Part shown: positions 35,488 through 37,929 of the stretch, one piece after another
Layout of the letters: each line of letters starts with the position of its first letter
Numbering within the stretch: position 1 is the first letter of the stretch
NCBI RefSeq assembly: GCF_001194135.2
Contig: NC_068984.1
Span: forward strand, 125,891,737-125,929,665
Length of the DNA: 37,929 nt
Source of the DNA: Octopus bimaculoides
Lineage: Eukaryota
Direction: 5' to 3'
Notes under the pieces: generated by a model
The model's database searches: none
The model's input: only the letters and a program-made list of their open reading frames with translations
What the model was told of the DNA's origin: nothing
Program-made: the position numbers and the translations under genes

Positions 35488-37919
35488 TGGTATAATGGAC
35501 GATGAAACAGTGTTGTTGATGGTTTAACATCAGGTAAGACCTGATTGAACAGATCTATTATGAAAGATATTCTAGCTTGGAACATAATATATTAAAGCTA
35601 CAGGTATTCCTCAATTTACTTTGGTAATAGGCTCCGAGACCTGCGGCTTAAATCGGAAAAAGAGGTAACACGAAAAATCATTAGAAAAAAACTTATTAGC
35701 TAATATTCTTTTTAATAAATGGTTTGTGCATATTTTCACACGCATGTAATGGGAAGATTTCATAGGTCATCATTTATAATGACGTGGTGTGAAAAGAAGA
35801 ACGATAAGATTTGAGTAAGTTGAATAAGCGACGATTTATTCCTTTCGTTATAATAATAGAAGATTGCAAAAGAGAATGATGGTAATGCTACAATCTGGAA
35901 CAACTTTCAAATGACTTCAGTCTGCTGTCTGTTGCTGCAACTATGAAGACAGGCGACCACTAGTTGAAGAAAGCTGTGAGACAGGCTGGTGTCTGGTTCA
36001 TCGGCGACTGGTCCAAAGAGACCAAGACCGGTAGAAACTAGTGTTTATATAACAATGGGTAGGCTCCACGGGCAAAAATGGTTTTTCCCGCGTTGGTAAC
36101 AAACTCTGTTCCCTTAATTTATAGAATTAAGCGAACAGCCTGTTCGTGAAATTAACTTGCAACTTGTTGAACTTTATATAATATTTTATTGAATAGAACT
36201 AAGACATGCCAGATGTTTGAACGTTGCAAGCAACCACCAGTTGCAGCATACTCTATGTCAGTAGTTTCCAAATTTTTCTGTACCCTACACCCACTAAGAA
36301 ATGTTTGATTAAATTTCAGGCCCTCAGCAAAAATAAATTCATATTTAAAAATGAAAAAGTAAATTTTCTATGAACTACCAATCTATCTGCTACGTCGCAC
36401 GCAGACGAACGCCATCAATCTCTTGTCTCCAGAATTCCCTCACCTACACTGCTCATGATAGATTGCTCTTCAGTAGACCAGATTAAATTACCTATTTATT
36501 GCAGTACTTCAGCAACAGGGGAGATAACTGCTAGTAATTGTTGAGAGCATCTTGATAAAATAGATTTTTGGTGACCATGTAACAACAGATCATTCCAAAG
36601 AAGTTTTCAACGAGAGTTGTTAACATGGATAAGTTGAAATGCAGAAACACGTATCGTTTACCGATTACTTCTTTCAGTCTCTGGACTGCAGCCACTCTGG
36701 AGGGCACCGCCTTGAAGGGTTTAAGTACTAATCTTTTAAAGCCTTGTACGTATTCTATCGGTTCCTTTTTTTGCAGAACTGCTAAGTTACAGAAGCGTAA
36801 GCAAACCAACATCGGTTGTCAAGCGATGGGGTGGGGACACAAACACACACACACAAAATAGGCTTTCCCTTTCCGTCTACCAAATCTACTCACAAGGCTT
36901 TGGCCGGCCTGCGTTTACAGAATAAGACACTTGCCCAAAGAGCCGCGCTCTTGGACTGAACCCTAACCCAGACGGTTGGCAAGTTGTCACACTGCTACGC
37001 CTCGTGAAAATAACTGAGATATCCTCTTCTTCTTCTTCTTCTTCTTCTTCTTCTTCTTCTTCTTCTTCTTCTTCTTCTTCTTCTTCTTCTTCTTCTTCNN
37101 NNNNNNNNNNNNNNNNNNNNNNNNNNNNNNNNNNNNNNNNNNNNNNNNNNNNNNNNNNNNNNNNNNNNNNNNNNNNNNNNNNNNNNNNNNNNNNNNNNNN
37201 NNNNNNNNNNNNNNNNNNNNNNNNNNNNNNNNNNNNNNNNNNNNNNNNNNNNNNNNNNNNNNNNNNNNNNNNNNNNNNNNNNNNNNNNNNNNNNNNNNNN
37301 NNNNNNNNNNNNNNNNNATATATATATATATATATATATATAGCGCGAGAGAGAGAGCTTATATGTTGCCTCTCAACCTCTTTGTAGTGGCAGCTAAATT
37401 TCTTTCAAATCGTACCCTTGCATTTTAAAAGGATCTGCAGATGCTGTTCTTTATTTGAATGCCATCTCTGATCGTTCTAATTATGGCCATTCCATCCGTG
37501 AAATCCAGTGTAGACTCTCAGACTGCATTATCCGATGTTAAGACTACATGGTGTAATTTGCATGAGATTTGACTGCTACTTCTAGCAGAATGACTAACCA
37601 CACAAGCTTCCTCCCAACTCCAGGACTCCCTAGTTTAATGAACAAGCATTACGTTGTTTCGAGTTACGGTTGGTAAGCAAGCTACTTACCACACAGCCAA
37701 TCCTGCGCCTAATAAGTTTTTTTTAATGATTTTTCGTGTTACGTCTTTTTCCGATTTAAGCCGCAGGTCTTGGAACCAATTACCAAAGTAAATTGAGGAA
37801 TACCTGTAACTTTAATATATTATGTCCCAAGCTAGAGTATCTTTCATAATAGATCTGTTCAATCAGGTCTCACCTGATGTTAAACCATCAGCAATACTGT
37901 TTCATCGTCCATTATACCA
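35488..37919. repeat. Inverted duplication: 35488-35699 vs reverse complement of 37709-37919
   Basis: Manual alignment gives 10 substitutions + 1 indel in 212 bp (~95% identity). Confidence 0.92.
36668..37002 (-). mobile_element. Diverged SINE family A copy; additional minus-strand heads at ~17311-17399 and 37661-37710
   Basis: Reverse complement of the family-A blocks (gctaagttac, catcggttgtcaagcgat, ccgtctaccaaatctactcacaaggctttgg, gacacttgcccaaag, ggactgaacc). Confidence 0.75.
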
Positions 37920-37929
37920 TAATATATAT

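Larger units (their letters stand above)
4566..37317. other. Assembly gaps: 4566-4949, 7199-7465, 20568-20625, 21406-21730, 25841-26198, 28082-29015, 31146-31155, 32436-32924, 34045-34135, 37099-37317
   Basis: Runs of N, most of them flanked by microsatellites. Confidence 0.99.
1..37929. repeat. Dense microsatellite landscape: (TA)n, (CA)n, (GA)n, (GATA)n e.g. 18744-18911, (TTA)n e.g. 13121-13260 and 13903-13975, (TAA)n 21817-21885, (TCT)n 37023-37098
   Basis: Directly visible. These tracts explain the IYIYIY, CVCVCV and HTHTHT ORFs. Confidence 0.99.

Overview
AT-rich eukaryotic genomic DNA, full of (TA)n/(CA)n/(TTA)n microsatellites, short interspersed repeats and ten N-gaps. The repeat families look like those of Octopus (coleoid cephalopod); this is inferred from recollection, not a database hit. 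The window holds one clear protein-coding gene on the + strand, a clockwork orange (cwo)-type bHLH-Orange transcription factor. I reconstructed six phase-compatible coding exons: 10502-10527 (tentative), 13982-14057, 14906-15007, 22336-22420, 22986-23153 and 23954 to at least 25840. The C-terminus is lost in an assembly gap, and the ORF-track stop at 26280 is unreliable. The last exon encodes an 85-aa His/Asp/Lys tandem repeat, CWO-type C-terminal motifs and polyN/polyQ tracts. The rest is mostly tRNA-headed SINEs, MITEs/foldback hairpins, an internally deleted RTE LINE, a Penelope-type hammerhead-like motif and a 212-bp inverted duplication near the right end. Almost all other ORF-track entries are microsatellite or gap artefacts. 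There are no rRNA, true tRNA or CRISPR features.
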